DNA from: Candidatus Nanohalobium constans
GTDB lineage: Archaea > Nanohalarchaeota > Nanosalinia > Nanosalinales > Nanosalinaceae
Assembly: GCF_009617975.1 (NCBI RefSeq)
Contig: NZ_CP040089.1
Coordinates: 840,001 to 872,000, forward strand
Direction: 5' to 3'
Length of the DNA: 32,000 bases
Made by a program: the position numbers and the translations under genes. Below are positions 1-10,044 of this stretch, piece after piece (the first letter of the stretch is position 1; each line of letters opens with the position of its first letter). The notes beneath the pieces are model-generated. The model was not told the DNA's origin, did not search any database, and was given only the letters and a program-made list of their open reading frames with translations.

Positions 1-161
1 AGGTCTATTTCTCTGAACTGCTTCAGGTACTTTGATACTGTGGATTTTGAGACCTCTACATTTTCGACGATATCAGTGAATCTAGATGGGTTCTCATGCA
101 GGAAGCCTTTGATCTGATTTTCGGCATCTGCTTTTCGGAATGTTTCCATGTCAATTGGCAT
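1..161 (-). CDS. Partial CDS (first 53 codons; C-terminus lies off the left edge): small helix-turn-helix-like DNA-binding protein
   Basis: My own translation of the minus strand from the ATG at 161..159 gives MPIDMETFRKADAENQIKGFLHENPSRFTDIVENVEVSKSTVSKYLKQFREID... The FTDIVENVEVSKSTVSKYLKQF stretch looks like an HTH. A TATATAAAAG-like box (minus sense) sits about 26 nt upstream at ~186..195. It is absent from the ORF track because it is truncated. Confidence 0.4.
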   Translation of the reverse strand, partial: MPIDMETFRKADAENQIKGFLHENPSRFTDIVENVEVSKSTVSKYLKQFREID

Positions 162-487
162 AATAACTAATTAAACCTACCTACTTTTATATAGTCTTTG
201 TTATTTCTATACCTAATATTAGAAAACTATACTAAATAGGTGTTTGTCTATACATTCCGAAAAATTATAGAGAATATAGGTAATTAAGAAATAAAATTTA
301 GGATAAGAAAACTACAAGTACTATTTAAGTTTTAGCTTCTAGCGAGACCTTGAACCGTTGGACTGAGCCTGTTTAGTGGGATTGCTTGACTGAGGGTCCA
401 TTTTTTGTTGTTTACTGTTTGGTTTCTGCAGGGTAGAAAGAGTAGTTGTGTTTTTTGTGGGAGAATATAGGCAGGTTTGAGTGTTTT

Positions 488-1501
488 TTAGGTGAATTCT
501 TGGATTGTTGGTTTTTGGTTTGTGTTTTTTCCTTGGATGCTTTTTGCTATGGTTTTGGCTAGGTTTACGGGTACTGCGTTTCCTATCATTTTGTAGCCGT
601 CTCTGATTTTGTCGTATTTTAGTTTGAAGTTGTCTGGGAATGTTTGTAGTTTGGCTGCTTCTCGTATGCTGTATCTGCGGTATTCGTCTTCGTGTCCTTC
701 TTTGAATTTCCAGTTGTCTTTTTCTATTTTCTCCATTTTTGGTGCTTTTGGGTGTATTTTTTGGTGTCTTGCGTTTGCTTGGACTGTGTATGCGGGTTCG
801 TCCCAGTTTCTTACCCGGTTTCTGGACATGTATCTTGATGAGTAGCTTCCTATGTAGTGTTCGTGGTTGGGGAGTTCTAGTTCTTCTGGTTTGTGTGGTT
901 CTCCTTCTGTGGGTTTGGATTCTGGCATTCCTTTCAGTACTTCTTGCCCCATTTTTTCTTCTGTGCCTTCAGGGAATTCGTAGTTGAAGTCGATGTCGTC
1001 TCTTATTCCTACGATTATGACTCTTTTTCTTTCCTGTGGGACGTTGTGGTAGGAGGCGTTCATTTTCTTGTATTTTACGTTGTAGCCTATTTCTTTGAAT
1101 TTCTGGATTATTTCTTTGAATTCGTCTATGTTTGTTTTGGAGATTATTCCTGGTACGTTTTCGGCTACGAAGAATTTTGGTTTTTTGTGTTGGATGATTT
1201 CTATGTAGTTGTAGAATACTGCTCCTCTTTCGTCGTCGCTTCCTCTGAGGTGGTTGCTTGCTAGGGACCAGCTTTGGCATGGCGGTCCTCCGATTATTCC
1301 GTCGCATTCGGGGAGTTTGTCGTAGTCTAGTTCTCTGATGTCTTCTATTTTTAGTTCTGTTTCGTGGTTTTGGTCGTATGTTTCTTTGAGGAAGTCTGCG
1401 TAGTCTGTGGCGAATACTATTTCGTAGCCTGCTTTTGAGAAGCCGAGATCCAGTCCTCCGCATCCGGAGAAGAGGGATATGATTTTGTCTCCTTCGTTCA
1501 T
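488..1501 (-). CDS. DNA (cytosine-5) methyltransferase, HaeIII/NgoPII-like (probable GGCC specificity)
   Basis: Canonical C5-MTase motifs are present: FSGCGGLDLGF (motif I), GGPPCQSWS (catalytic PCQ, motif IV), ENV, QERKR, TFPDNF and GNAVPV. The variable region PNHEHYIGSYSSRYMSRNRVRNWDEPAYTVQANARHQKIHPKAP closely resembles the M.HaeIII target-recognition region as I remember it. Confidence 0.95.
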   Translation of the reverse strand: MNEGDKIISLFSGCGGLDLGFSKAGYEIVFATDYADFLKETYDQNHETELKIEDIRELDYDKLPECDGIIGGPPCQSWSLASNHLRGSDDERGAVFYNYIEIIQHKKPKFFVAENVPGIISKTNIDEFKEIIQKFKEIGYNVKYKKMNASYHNVPQERKRVIIVGIRDDIDFNYEFPEGTEEKMGQEVLKGMPESKPTEGEPHKPEELELPNHEHYIGSYSSRYMSRNRVRNWDEPAYTVQANARHQKIHPKAPKMEKIEKDNWKFKEGHEDEYRRYSIREAAKLQTFPDNFKLKYDKIRDGYKMIGNAVPVNLAKTIAKSIQGKNTNQKPTIQEFT

Positions 1502-1504
1502 AGT

Positions 1505-2407
1505 TCAGTCTTCTATCTCAAATATTAAAGCATTGATTCTGTTTGCTGGGTTTGCAGGATCCGGCGCTTGGATTTCCTGGTATTTGATGTTTTCCTGTTC
1601 TTCTATTGCTTTTATTTTGTCCTCAGGTATTTCTTGGTATTTTGATTTTTTCATAACTGCGAAAAGCGGTTGTTTTTCTTCTATTTTGTGTTTGTAGTTT
1701 TCTATGTGTTGTGAGAAGTAGTTGGCAGGGTGTGACATTGTCCACATGCCTCTGATCCGTAGTTTTGTTCTGCCTAGTGGGTCTGCGTCGTGGACTTTTC
1801 CAATTTCATTGGTCTGTGAGCTTAGGTCTCCATAGTCTAGTTCTCCTACTGCTTGGCTTGTCTTCTTGGAGAGCTTGTTTGAAAGGTTTTCGTATACTTG
1901 TTCTGGTGCTGCCCAGCAGTCGCCGTAAACCATCCAGATGAAGTCCAGGTTGTCTTCGCCCCTCGGCACTCTTCCCAGGATGTACACCAGTTCTTTTTCA
2001 TTCCAGCCACCAAGATGGTCTTCGCATTTTTGGCATGAGTTTGTTATTCTTTCATTGGAGCTCTTGAGTTTTTGATGCGGGTGTGAACTGTTGAGCTGTA
2101 TTGAGCCTGCTTTTGAAGTTGTCTTCTTCACCTCAAATGCTTCCCCATTCTCTATCATGAAGTCTGGAGGATGGTTCTTGTTTCCAAGCCACGAGAAATG
2201 TTTTGAATACTTTTTCTCTTTTTCATCCTTGGTTTCTATGTCAAAAGATCCGCAGAACAGGTCCATAGTAAAGTACTCCAGTCTATCACCAACCCTGTTA
2301 ATCCTGTTACTGCTGGAGTATATTTCGCTCATGTCTCTGTCATCCATTTCTGCATAATTCAGTAAAGCATCCAGAATATTAACCATGTACAAAAGTTGAC
2401 AGAACAT
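1505..2407 (-). CDS. Type II restriction endonuclease partner of the adjacent methyltransferase (PD-(D/E)xK-like)
   Basis: It lies 3 nt upstream of the MTase gene on the same strand. PPDFMIENGEAFEVKK fits a PD...ExK nuclease core. The true start may instead be the Met at 2386 (MVNILD...). Assignment to the NgoPII/HaeIII endonuclease family is inferred, not verified. Confidence 0.7.
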   Translation of the reverse strand: MFCQLLYMVNILDALLNYAEMDDRDMSEIYSSSNRINRVGDRLEYFTMDLFCGSFDIETKDEKEKKYSKHFSWLGNKNHPPDFMIENGEAFEVKKTTSKAGSIQLNSSHPHQKLKSSNERITNSCQKCEDHLGGWNEKELVYILGRVPRGEDNLDFIWMVYGDCWAAPEQVYENLSNKLSKKTSQAVGELDYGDLSSQTNEIGKVHDADPLGRTKLRIRGMWTMSHPANYFSQHIENYKHKIEEKQPLFAVMKKSKYQEIPEDKIKAIEEQENIKYQEIQAPDPANPANRINALIFEIED

Positions 2408-2461
2408 TAAATAAAACGGTTTAGGACAGGAAAATACCTAGAAAAACGGGGGATGAACTCC

Positions 2462-2722
2462 CTATTTTATCTTATCTTGGTATATTTTGAGGGCTGCTTT
2501 GGTATCAAATTCTTCTCCTGTATCCGGATCGACGAAACTTCCGTCGTCGTTTTTGAAACGTTCTAAGCTCTGTGAGTCTTCTTCACCAGTCTGAGAGTGA
2601 TTCTTGGCATCATTGGAAGATTTCTCAGGTTTTTCTGCCTCCGATTTTATTCCTTGTATCATTCCTTGTAGTTCTTTTTTGGTTTCTTCTAGTTCTTCTT
2701 CTATGTCCTCATCTTCAGCCAT
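2462..2722 (-). CDS. Small acidic hypothetical protein (86 aa)
   Basis: Open frame with the D/E-rich composition typical of the other genes here. No recognisable motif. Confidence 0.5.
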   Translation of the reverse strand: MAEDEDIEEELEETKKELQGMIQGIKSEAEKPEKSSNDAKNHSQTGEEDSQSLERFKNDDGSFVDPDTGEEFDTKAALKIYQDKIK

Positions 2723-2802
2723 TTTTTAGCCTCTTGTATTATTTTTGTTTTGTTGAAGGCAGGGATAAGTATTTTTACCGGGTTTCCCGTAATCTTGTTC
2801 TT

Positions 2803-3108
2803 ATGGATGATGCTGAGGAAATGTTCGAGACTTTGGAGGAAGCGCATGAAAAGTTAACTGAGTTGGAGGAAGATAGAGATAAGCTTCTTGAGGCGAATAA
2901 GAAATTGGTGAGGATTTTGGTCTCAATGGAGAACGATTTGAAGGATGCCGGAGTAGACTTTGAGGAACTGGATGAACACAGTTACTCCTTCCATGAGGGC
3001 TGGAGTAGCCGTAGAGATGGTTTAATGATTGAGGATATTTCTGAGGAATCGGTAGATAGGCAGTTGAGGCAGCTAGATCAACTTCTAAGCAACAAAGATA
3101 TTTTATAA
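2803..3108 (+). CDS. Small acidic coiled-coil hypothetical protein (101 aa)
   Basis: The ORF-track frame 2572..3108 starts in hydrophobic junk that overlaps the opposite-strand gene. The plausible start is the ATG at 2803 (MDDAEEMFETLEEAHEKLTELEEDRDKL...). Heptad-like charged repeats are present. Confidence 0.5.
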   Translation: MDDAEEMFETLEEAHEKLTELEEDRDKLLEANKKLVRILVSMENDLKDAGVDFEELDEHSYSFHEGWSSRRDGLMIEDISEESVDRQLRQLDQLLSNKDIL

Positions 3109-3148
3109 GCTAAAACAGGTAAAAATTAGGTATAGAGGACGATAATCA

Positions 3149-3646
3149 ATGGAAACTGAACAACAATATGTATGCGATGTATGCGATGAGGAGTTCGAAA
3201 GTGAAAAAGAACTGCATGTCCACGAAGGACAAGACCACCCTGGTAAAAGAGTAGAAGAGCTGCAGGGACTGCTTGAAAGAATCGATGAAGAAAGCAAAAA
3301 GGTCGCAGAGATAAAAGAAAGAAAGGAAAACCTTGAGGAGAGAGTAGACGAGCTTCAGGACAAAAAACAGCACTTACAGGATACTGTATCAGATCTTGAA
3401 GATACTAAAGAACACTTGGAAAACGAGCTCAGTGACAGAGAAGATAGGATTGATGAACTGGAAGACGAACTTGATCAAGCACATGAACACGAAGAAGAAC
3501 AGGAAGACAAAATTGAAGACCAGAAACAGAGAATCGAGGAACTCAAGAACGAGAGAGACTCACTTGAAGAATCTGTAGAAGAGACAGACCAGCTTTTAAC
3601 CAAGTTCCAGAGACAGGTCGACCAGTTCGACGAAGAACTTGAATAA
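3149..3646 (+). CDS. C2H2 zinc-finger protein with a long acidic coiled-coil tail
   Basis: The N-terminal YVCDVCDEEFESEKELHVHEGQDH fits C-x2-C-x12-H-x4-H. The remainder is an E/D/K-rich heptad-like sequence. Confidence 0.65.
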   Translation: METEQQYVCDVCDEEFESEKELHVHEGQDHPGKRVEELQGLLERIDEESKKVAEIKERKENLEERVDELQDKKQHLQDTVSDLEDTKEHLENELSDREDRIDELEDELDQAHEHEEEQEDKIEDQKQRIEELKNERDSLEESVEETDQLLTKFQRQVDQFDEELE

Positions 3647-3693
3647 CCTTTTTCTCCTTTTTATTTTATTATAATAGATGGATGAAATAGTAG

Positions 3694-4518
3694 TTATTTC
3701 TTCTCTGCTTTTACCATTCTGCGGTTTCCAAAGAGCTTGTCCAGTGTTTCCAGCTTGTAGTCCATTTCCCGAAGTTTTTGTTCTACCTGATCTGTTGTGG
3801 CTCCGTATCTTTCTACTGTTGGATGTATCTCGCAGTAGATTGCTTCTGGCAACTCCTTTTTGTCTATGTTTTCCATTCCTTTTAGGACTTTGAGTTCTGC
3901 TCCTTCAACATCTATCTTTATGACATCAGGAGACGGAATTACTTCTTTGTTTACCAAATTATCTAACCTGCATGATTTTATTTTAGTTCCTTCTTCAGAG
4001 TTTGTCAGATTTACTTGGCCTTCTCCTGTAACATCTTTCTCAATACTGATTCTTTCTGTGCCTTCTTTATCGGAGGCAGCTTTCTCCATCAAAGTAAATG
4101 AAATATCATTTCTCTCCGCATTCTGTTTCAACTTATCAGCGTTTTTAGGATGTGGCTCAAAAGAATAGACTTCGCAATCTGTTAAACTCCCTATGGAGCA
4201 TGTATAAAGCCCTATATTTGCTCCTACATCGTAGAAGACTTTATTTTCATCTAAAGATTCGGCCATATCTCTCAGCACAGGCTTATCAGATTTTAAGCCT
4301 CTTAATATCGTGAACTCCTCAACGTTAGGAGAGTGAAAAATTATTTCCTCATTCATTATCTGAAAACAGGCTCCATCATCATAATAGATGCTGAGAAATT
4401 TATTCGTCACTGGTTTCAGACCTGAAAGAACAAAGACCTTCCTGCAAAGAAAAGTAGCCCTGTCAGTATAGACATGTTCTGCAAAAGCATCAGCAATTGA
4501 GTGGAAATAACTATTCAT
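3694..4518 (-). CDS. FkbM-family SAM-dependent methyltransferase
   Basis: YDVGANIGLYT (SAM-binding glycine loop), FEPHPKNADKLKQN and IKIDVEGAELKVLKGM are typical of the FkbM family. Confidence 0.85.
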   Translation of the reverse strand: MNSYFHSIADAFAEHVYTDRATFLCRKVFVLSGLKPVTNKFLSIYYDDGACFQIMNEEIIFHSPNVEEFTILRGLKSDKPVLRDMAESLDENKVFYDVGANIGLYTCSIGSLTDCEVYSFEPHPKNADKLKQNAERNDISFTLMEKAASDKEGTERISIEKDVTGEGQVNLTNSEEGTKIKSCRLDNLVNKEVIPSPDVIKIDVEGAELKVLKGMENIDKKELPEAIYCEIHPTVERYGATTDQVEQKLREMDYKLETLDKLFGNRRMVKAEKK

Positions 4519-4598
4519 AATATAGTAATCAAGGCAGCTAAATTTTATTTAACTTCATAGAAGACGCAAAAAGTCTAAACATAAGTGGTGAAAAGGTT

Positions 4599-4609
4599 GT
4601 AGGAGACGG
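4599..4609 (-). repeat. 3'-flank half of the 16S rRNA processing stem
   Basis: GTAGGAGACGG (+ strand) is the perfect reverse complement of CCGTCTCCTAC at 6315..6325. The two arms bracket the 16S gene. Confidence 0.6.
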
Positions 4610-4690
4610 GTTCATACTCACTTTCTTGGAAAATTGAAAGTGAGTTAGGTTGGTCCTCAGATTTGTGTCTGAGGGACCTAAGTTGTTTTG

Positions 4691-6162
<1,472 letters not shown>

Positions 6163-6314
6163 GCTCCAAAATCAATTGGAGGGTTCTTGACGGGAATTTG
6201 TAAAATAACGAAAGGTTCCAAGCCTTCCATATGTGTCAAGTAAATATAGTGCATATTCACTAGGAATATGCGGCTACATGCTATCAAACGAGAACAAAAT
6301 TGCTCTCGTTGATT

Positions 6315-6325
6315 CCGTCTCCTAC
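6315..6325 (-). repeat. 5'-flank half of the 16S rRNA processing stem
   Basis: CCGTCTCCTAC (+ strand) is complementary to 4599..4609. It lies ~150 nt upstream of the mature 16S 5' end. Confidence 0.6.
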
Positions 6326-6423
6326 ATCACGCAAAAAAGATTAATGCGCTCATCAAATGGCTCTGAATGAGCTAAACCCCGGACGCGTTTCCTCGTCGGG
6401 TAAGCATGAAGTCCGGCTTAAAT

Positions 6424-6433
6424 CTTATAAAGG
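6424..6433 (-). promoter_or_regulatory. Candidate TATA box for the 16S transcription unit
   Basis: The minus-sense sequence CCTTTATAAG lies ~100 nt upstream of the processing-stem arm. It matches the TTTATAAG-type boxes seen in front of other genes in this window. Confidence 0.3.
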
Positions 6434-6587
6434 GTATCACTCCTTAAACCGGATGACCGTGAAAAGCCACGGCACACCTAGGCATTGAAAGATAACACTT
6501 ATGAAAGGAAACATGAGACGGCACTGTCTGAGTTTAAGTTCTTTCCAAGAATTTTCACAACAATGTATTGAGACATGTAATTTGGAG

Positions 6588-6662
6588 GGCGGAGGGCGGG
6601 ATTTGAACCCGCGTCCCGACCGCCACAAGGTCGGAGTATAGACCAACTAACCTACCTCCACC
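6588..6662 (-). tRNA. tRNA-His (anticodon GUG) with genomically encoded G-1 and discriminator C73; no encoded CCA
   Basis: Hand-folded. The acceptor stem is GUGGAGG/CCUCCGC, the T arm is GCGGG-UUCAAAU-CCCGC and the anticodon arm is CGACC-UUGUGGC-GGUCG. An extra 5' G at 6662 can pair with C at 6588. Confidence 0.85.
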
Positions 6663-6863
6663 ATTGGTCTTCTAGAAATGTTTTTGTGCGGAAATGTTTT
6701 TTAACCCTAGCTGGTTTTTGTCAGTGGGTGTTTTCGTCATCATTACCGGTTGCCCGGTTCAGACGATGTCTGGATGTCATCATCTTGACAATACTGTTTT
6801 TGGTTCGTGAACATTTAATAAGCAGGAATGTGTATGGTTGTTCAGAGGTTGTATTTTTTTGTT

Positions 6864-7043
6864 ATGAGCGGTCGTTACAAGAATATTATTAGAGGTGTGA
6901 TATTGTTTTTCGGAGGATTTGTTGTTATGGGTATTGGTACTGTTTTGCCGGAGCAGTGGAAGGTTTTCTATTACTCTATAGGTGCTACGATTACGTTCAT
7001 GGGTGCGACGGTTATCGGGTATCTCATGACCAGTTCTACTTGA
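6864..7043 (+). CDS. Small two-TM membrane protein (59 aa), hypothetical
   Basis: MSGRYKNIIRGVILFFGGFVVMGIGTVLPEQWKVFYYSIGATITFMGATVIGYLMTSST contains two hydrophobic helices. The ATG at 6864 is preferred over the ORF-track start at 6828. Confidence 0.4.
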   Translation: MSGRYKNIIRGVILFFGGFVVMGIGTVLPEQWKVFYYSIGATITFMGATVIGYLMTSST

Positions 7044-7083
7044 GACAGTTTTTTATCTAGAGAGAACACTTTTCTTTCTTACA

Positions 7084-7878
7084 ATGAAATTTTCAGGTAA
7101 GTTGCTGGTGGTTGCGGCTGTACTATCTTTGGTGGTTGCGGCGCCTGCAGCAGCACAGAATGAATCGGACGCAGATTTTGACGAACCAGAAGATGACTCA
7201 GATATAGATGAAGAGGATGAAGAGAGTGAGGAAGATGAGTCGGAATCTGAGGAAGACAAATCCAGAGATGAAGATGAGGACTCGACAGAGTTAAATTTAA
7301 CTCAGAGTGAAGCTGAGGAGATAGCTCGTTCGGCTCTTTCAGATAGAAACTGGAGCTTAGAAGATTCAAGCGTTGAGGAAGAAGGCTACTACGAGTTCGA
7401 ATTTGTCTCAGGTGAAAGCGAGGCAGAAATACAAGTAGATGGCTCCTCAGGAGAAGTTCTCAGGCAAAGTGAAGATATTGAAGAAGATGAAGAAATGGAA
7501 AATGAAGAAAAGCCTGTTCAGAACTTGGAAGAAGCAAGAGAAAGAATCTCCGAGCTTGAAGAAACAGTGAAAGAACTTAAGAAAGAGATCAGAGAGCTAG
7601 AAGGAGAAGAAAAAGATCTTCCGGAAGAAGCAAGCGACAGAGCAAGAGAGGCAAGAAACTCCAACAACTCTGAAGGTTCAGAGTCGGAGAGAGAAGTTGA
7701 AGTACAGAAAAACGGAACTGAGGTCGAGATCGAACAGGAAACAGAGGATGGAGAGGCAGAGACCGAGGTAGAAGTTGAGAGAAATGGTACGGAAACGGAA
7801 GTAGAAACAAAAGGTCCAGCAGAGAACTCTAATCGCCCAGGATTCGTCTCAGACATGCTTAACAGCATCTTTGGATAA
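7084..7878 (+). CDS. Secreted, extremely acidic protein with a PepSY-like domain and coiled-coil
   Basis: Signal peptide MKFSGKLLVVAAVLSLVVAAPAAAQ. The PepSY-like core is EEIARSALSDRNWSLEDSSVEEEGYYEFEFVSGESEAEIQVDGSSGEVL. A duplicated C-terminal unit is present: EVEVQKNGTEVEIE and EVEVERNGTETEVE. Confidence 0.7.
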   Translation: MKFSGKLLVVAAVLSLVVAAPAAAQNESDADFDEPEDDSDIDEEDEESEEDESESEEDKSRDEDEDSTELNLTQSEAEEIARSALSDRNWSLEDSSVEEEGYYEFEFVSGESEAEIQVDGSSGEVLRQSEDIEEDEEMENEEKPVQNLEEARERISELEETVKELKKEIRELEGEEKDLPEEASDRAREARNSNNSEGSESEREVEVQKNGTEVEIEQETEDGEAETEVEVERNGTETEVETKGPAENSNRPGFVSDMLNSIFG

Positions 7879-7895
7879 AAACCTTTCTTTTTTCT

Positions 7896-9899
7896 TTATA
7901 TCTGTTTTTTCTTCAGTAGTTGGGCATTCACTGCTACAATTACCGTGCTGAGAGACATCACTACTGCTCCTACTGCCGGTGAAAGCATTATTCCGATCGG
8001 TGCGAGGACTCCTGCTGCTAGTGGGATGGCTAATGCGTTGTATCCTGTTGCCCAGAACAGGTTCTGCTTCATCTTGCTGTAACTGGCATTACTCAAGTTG
8101 AATAACTTGACGATGTCCAGCGGGTTGTTCTGTACGAGTATGATGTCTGCGGATTCTACGGCCACATCTGTTCCTGATCCGATCGCTATTCCGACATCTG
8201 CCCTTGTCAGTGCCGGAGCATCGTTCACTCCGTCACCTACCATTGCCACCTTCTTGTCCTGGTCTTGGAGTTGTTGGACTTTCTGGTCTTTATCTTCCGG
8301 CAGTACTTGTGCAAAGAAAGTATCTATACCGAGTTCGTTTGCAACTGCCTCTGCTACCTCTTCCGAGTCGCCTGTAAGCATCGCAACCTCGATTCCCATG
8401 TTGTGAAGTTTCTCTATTGCTTCCCTGCTTTCCTCTCTGATCACATCTGCGAGCCCTACTGCTGCAACAGCTTCTCCATCTCTGAAAAGGTAGATTGCTG
8501 TTTCAGCGTTTTCTGCTGCTTTGTCTGCAAACTTTTTGAGTGCTTCTGGAATTTTAAAGTTTTCTGCTTTTGCTAGGTTTGGTCCTCCGACATGGACTGT
8601 TTCTCCTTTTACTTTTGCTTTGACTCCTTTTCCTTTGATTGCTTCGAAGCCTGATGCTTCAGGTACTTCGAGTTCTTTCTGTTCTGCGGAGTTTCTGATT
8701 GCTTGAGCGATTGTGTGTTCGGAGTCTGATTCAACTGCTGCCATATATTTCAGTGCATCGTCTTCGGAGATTTCTGCGGTTTTTATGTCTGCTACGCCCA
8801 TTTCTCCTTCTGTGAGTGTTCCTGTCTTGTCGAAGATTACTGTGTCGAGTGTTCTTGCTTGTTCCATTGCTACTCTGTCGCGGACCAGTATCCCGTTCTT
8901 TGCGGCCATCGATGTGTTTATGGCTACTACTAGTGGTACTGCTAGTCCTAGTGCGTGTGGGCAGGCTATGACTAGGACTGTGACTACTCTTTCGATTACT
9001 GTGACATCGAAGCCTACTGCTATGGTCCAGGCGATCGAGGTTAGTATTCCTGAGCCTAGCGCGATGTAGAATAGCCATCCTGCTGCTTTATCAGCCAGCA
9101 TCTGGGTCTTTGACTGGCTTTCCTGTGCCTCTTCCACAAGCTTCATTATACCTGAGAGTGCTGTTTCGTCTCCTGTGGCTGTTATTTCTATTCTTAGGCT
9201 GCCTTGTTTGTTTACTGTTCCTCCTATTACTTCATCGCCTGCTTTTTTGGAGACTGGTGCGGATTCTCCTGTTATCATGGACTCGTTGACATCTGATTCT
9301 CCTTCTATTACTTCTCCGTCGGCAGGTATTGATGCTCCAGGTCTTATTAGTACTTTGTCTCCGTTTTCCAGTTGTGATACTTTGACTTCTTCTGTTGTTC
9401 CGTTTTCAAGTATTTTTTCTGCTGTGTCCGGCATTAGTTGTGCTAGTTCGTCCAGTGCTCCTGATGCTTGCCTTACTGAACGCATCTCTATCCAGTGTCC
9501 GAGAAGCATGATGTCAATCAGTGTTACTAATTCCCAGAAGAAGCTGGACTGTGTATCTAGGAAGAGTGCTGCCATGCTGTAGGTGAACGCTACTGTTATG
9601 GCGAGGGAGATCAGCATCATCATTCCGGGCTGTCTGTCTTCTGCCTCGGATTTAGCCATTTTGAGGAATGGTAGTCCTCCGTAGCCGAAGATTATGATTG
9701 AGAAGATGGGTACGATTAGGTTGCTGCCTGTGAACTGGATTGGTGTGTATCCGAGTAGTCCGGATACGAATGTTGAGAAGTAGAGGACGGGTAGCGATAG
9801 TATTGTTGAGATGAAGAACTTCTTTTTGAACATTTTTTCGTGGTGTTTGTGTCCGTGTCCTGAGTCATGGTCGTGGTCTGTGTCTTCATTGTGTTCCAT
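7896..9899 (-). CDS. copB: Heavy-metal (copper) translocating P1B-type ATPase, CopB-like
   Basis: DKTGTLT phosphorylation site, GDGVNDAP hinge, transmembrane CPH motif ([11 protein letters not shown]) and a His-rich N-terminus ([13 protein letters not shown]), which together are typical of the CopB/P1B-3 subgroup. Confidence 0.95.
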   Translation of the reverse strand: MEHNEDTDHDHDSGHGHKHHEKMFKKKFFISTILSLPVLYFSTFVSGLLGYTPIQFTGSNLIVPIFSIIIFGYGGLPFLKMAKSEAEDRQPGMMMLISLAITVAFTYSMAALFLDTQSSFFWELVTLIDIMLLGHWIEMRSVRQASGALDELAQLMPDTAEKILENGTTEEVKVSQLENGDKVLIRPGASIPADGEVIEGESDVNESMITGESAPVSKKAGDEVIGGTVNKQGSLRIEITATGDETALSGIMKLVEEAQESQSKTQMLADKAAGWLFYIALGSGILTSIAWTIAVGFDVTVIERVVTVLVIACPHALGLAVPLVVAINTSMAAKNGILVRDRVAMEQARTLDTVIFDKTGTLTEGEMGVADIKTAEISEDDALKYMAAVESDSEHTIAQAIRNSAEQKELEVPEASGFEAIKGKGVKAKVKGETVHVGGPNLAKAENFKIPEALKKFADKAAENAETAIYLFRDGEAVAAVGLADVIREESREAIEKLHNMGIEVAMLTGDSEEVAEAVANELGIDTFFAQVLPEDKDQKVQQLQDQDKKVAMVGDGVNDAPALTRADVGIAIGSGTDVAVESADIILVQNNPLDIVKLFNLSNASYSKMKQNLFWATGYNALAIPLAAGVLAPIGIMLSPAVGAVVMSLSTVIVAVNAQLLKKKQI

Positions 9900-9903
9900 C
9901 GTG

Positions 9904-10044
9904 TTATTCCTCTTTGGCTGGTTTTTCTGTGGTTTTTTGGTATAGGTAGATTATTGCTAGGATTAGGAGTGTCCAGATTAGTAGGGTTGTTATTGTTCCA
10001 AATTCGTTCATTCCGGATAAGCCATGTGTTCCTGTTCCGTGCAT
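9904..10044 (-). CDS. Unannotated 46-aa single-TM sORF between DUF305 and copB
   Basis: My own codon-by-codon translation gives [46 protein letters not shown]. Its ATG shares one nt with the DUF305 stop (TGATG) and its TAA lies 4 nt before the copB ATG. It is below the 60-aa cut-off of the ORF track. Confidence 0.55.
   Translation of the reverse strand: MHGTGTHGLSGMNEFGTITTLLIWTLLILAIIYLYQKTTEKPAKEE

Noticed and set aside
330-400. Possible tRNA fragment/att site (GACCTTGAACC resembles a T-arm)
   Set aside because: The flanking bases do not form a T stem or an acceptor stem, so no cloverleaf can be drawn.
609-1463. Several ORF-track frames overlapping the methyltransferase gene (609..845, 739..987, 893..1264 on +; the Arg-rich 969..1463 on -)
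   Set aside because: They are low-complexity products of the T-rich/purine-skewed strand (poly-F/L/V or poly-R). They lie entirely inside a gene with unambiguous C5-MTase motifs.
2572-2802. N-terminal 77 codons of ORF 2572..3108
   Set aside because: This is a hydrophobic low-complexity translation antisense to the 2462..2722 gene. The acidic coiled-coil protein plausibly starts at 2803.
6437-6646. 69-aa minus-strand ORF
   Set aside because: It overlaps tRNA-His and the rRNA leader, and its composition is unlike the acidic proteome.
7518-9582. Ser/Thr/Pro-rich antisense ORFs within the PepSY and copB genes (e.g. 7518..7868, 8098..8406, 8713..9069, 9175..9582)
   Set aside because: They are mirror frames of strongly purine-skewed coding sequence, and the sense genes have clear motifs.
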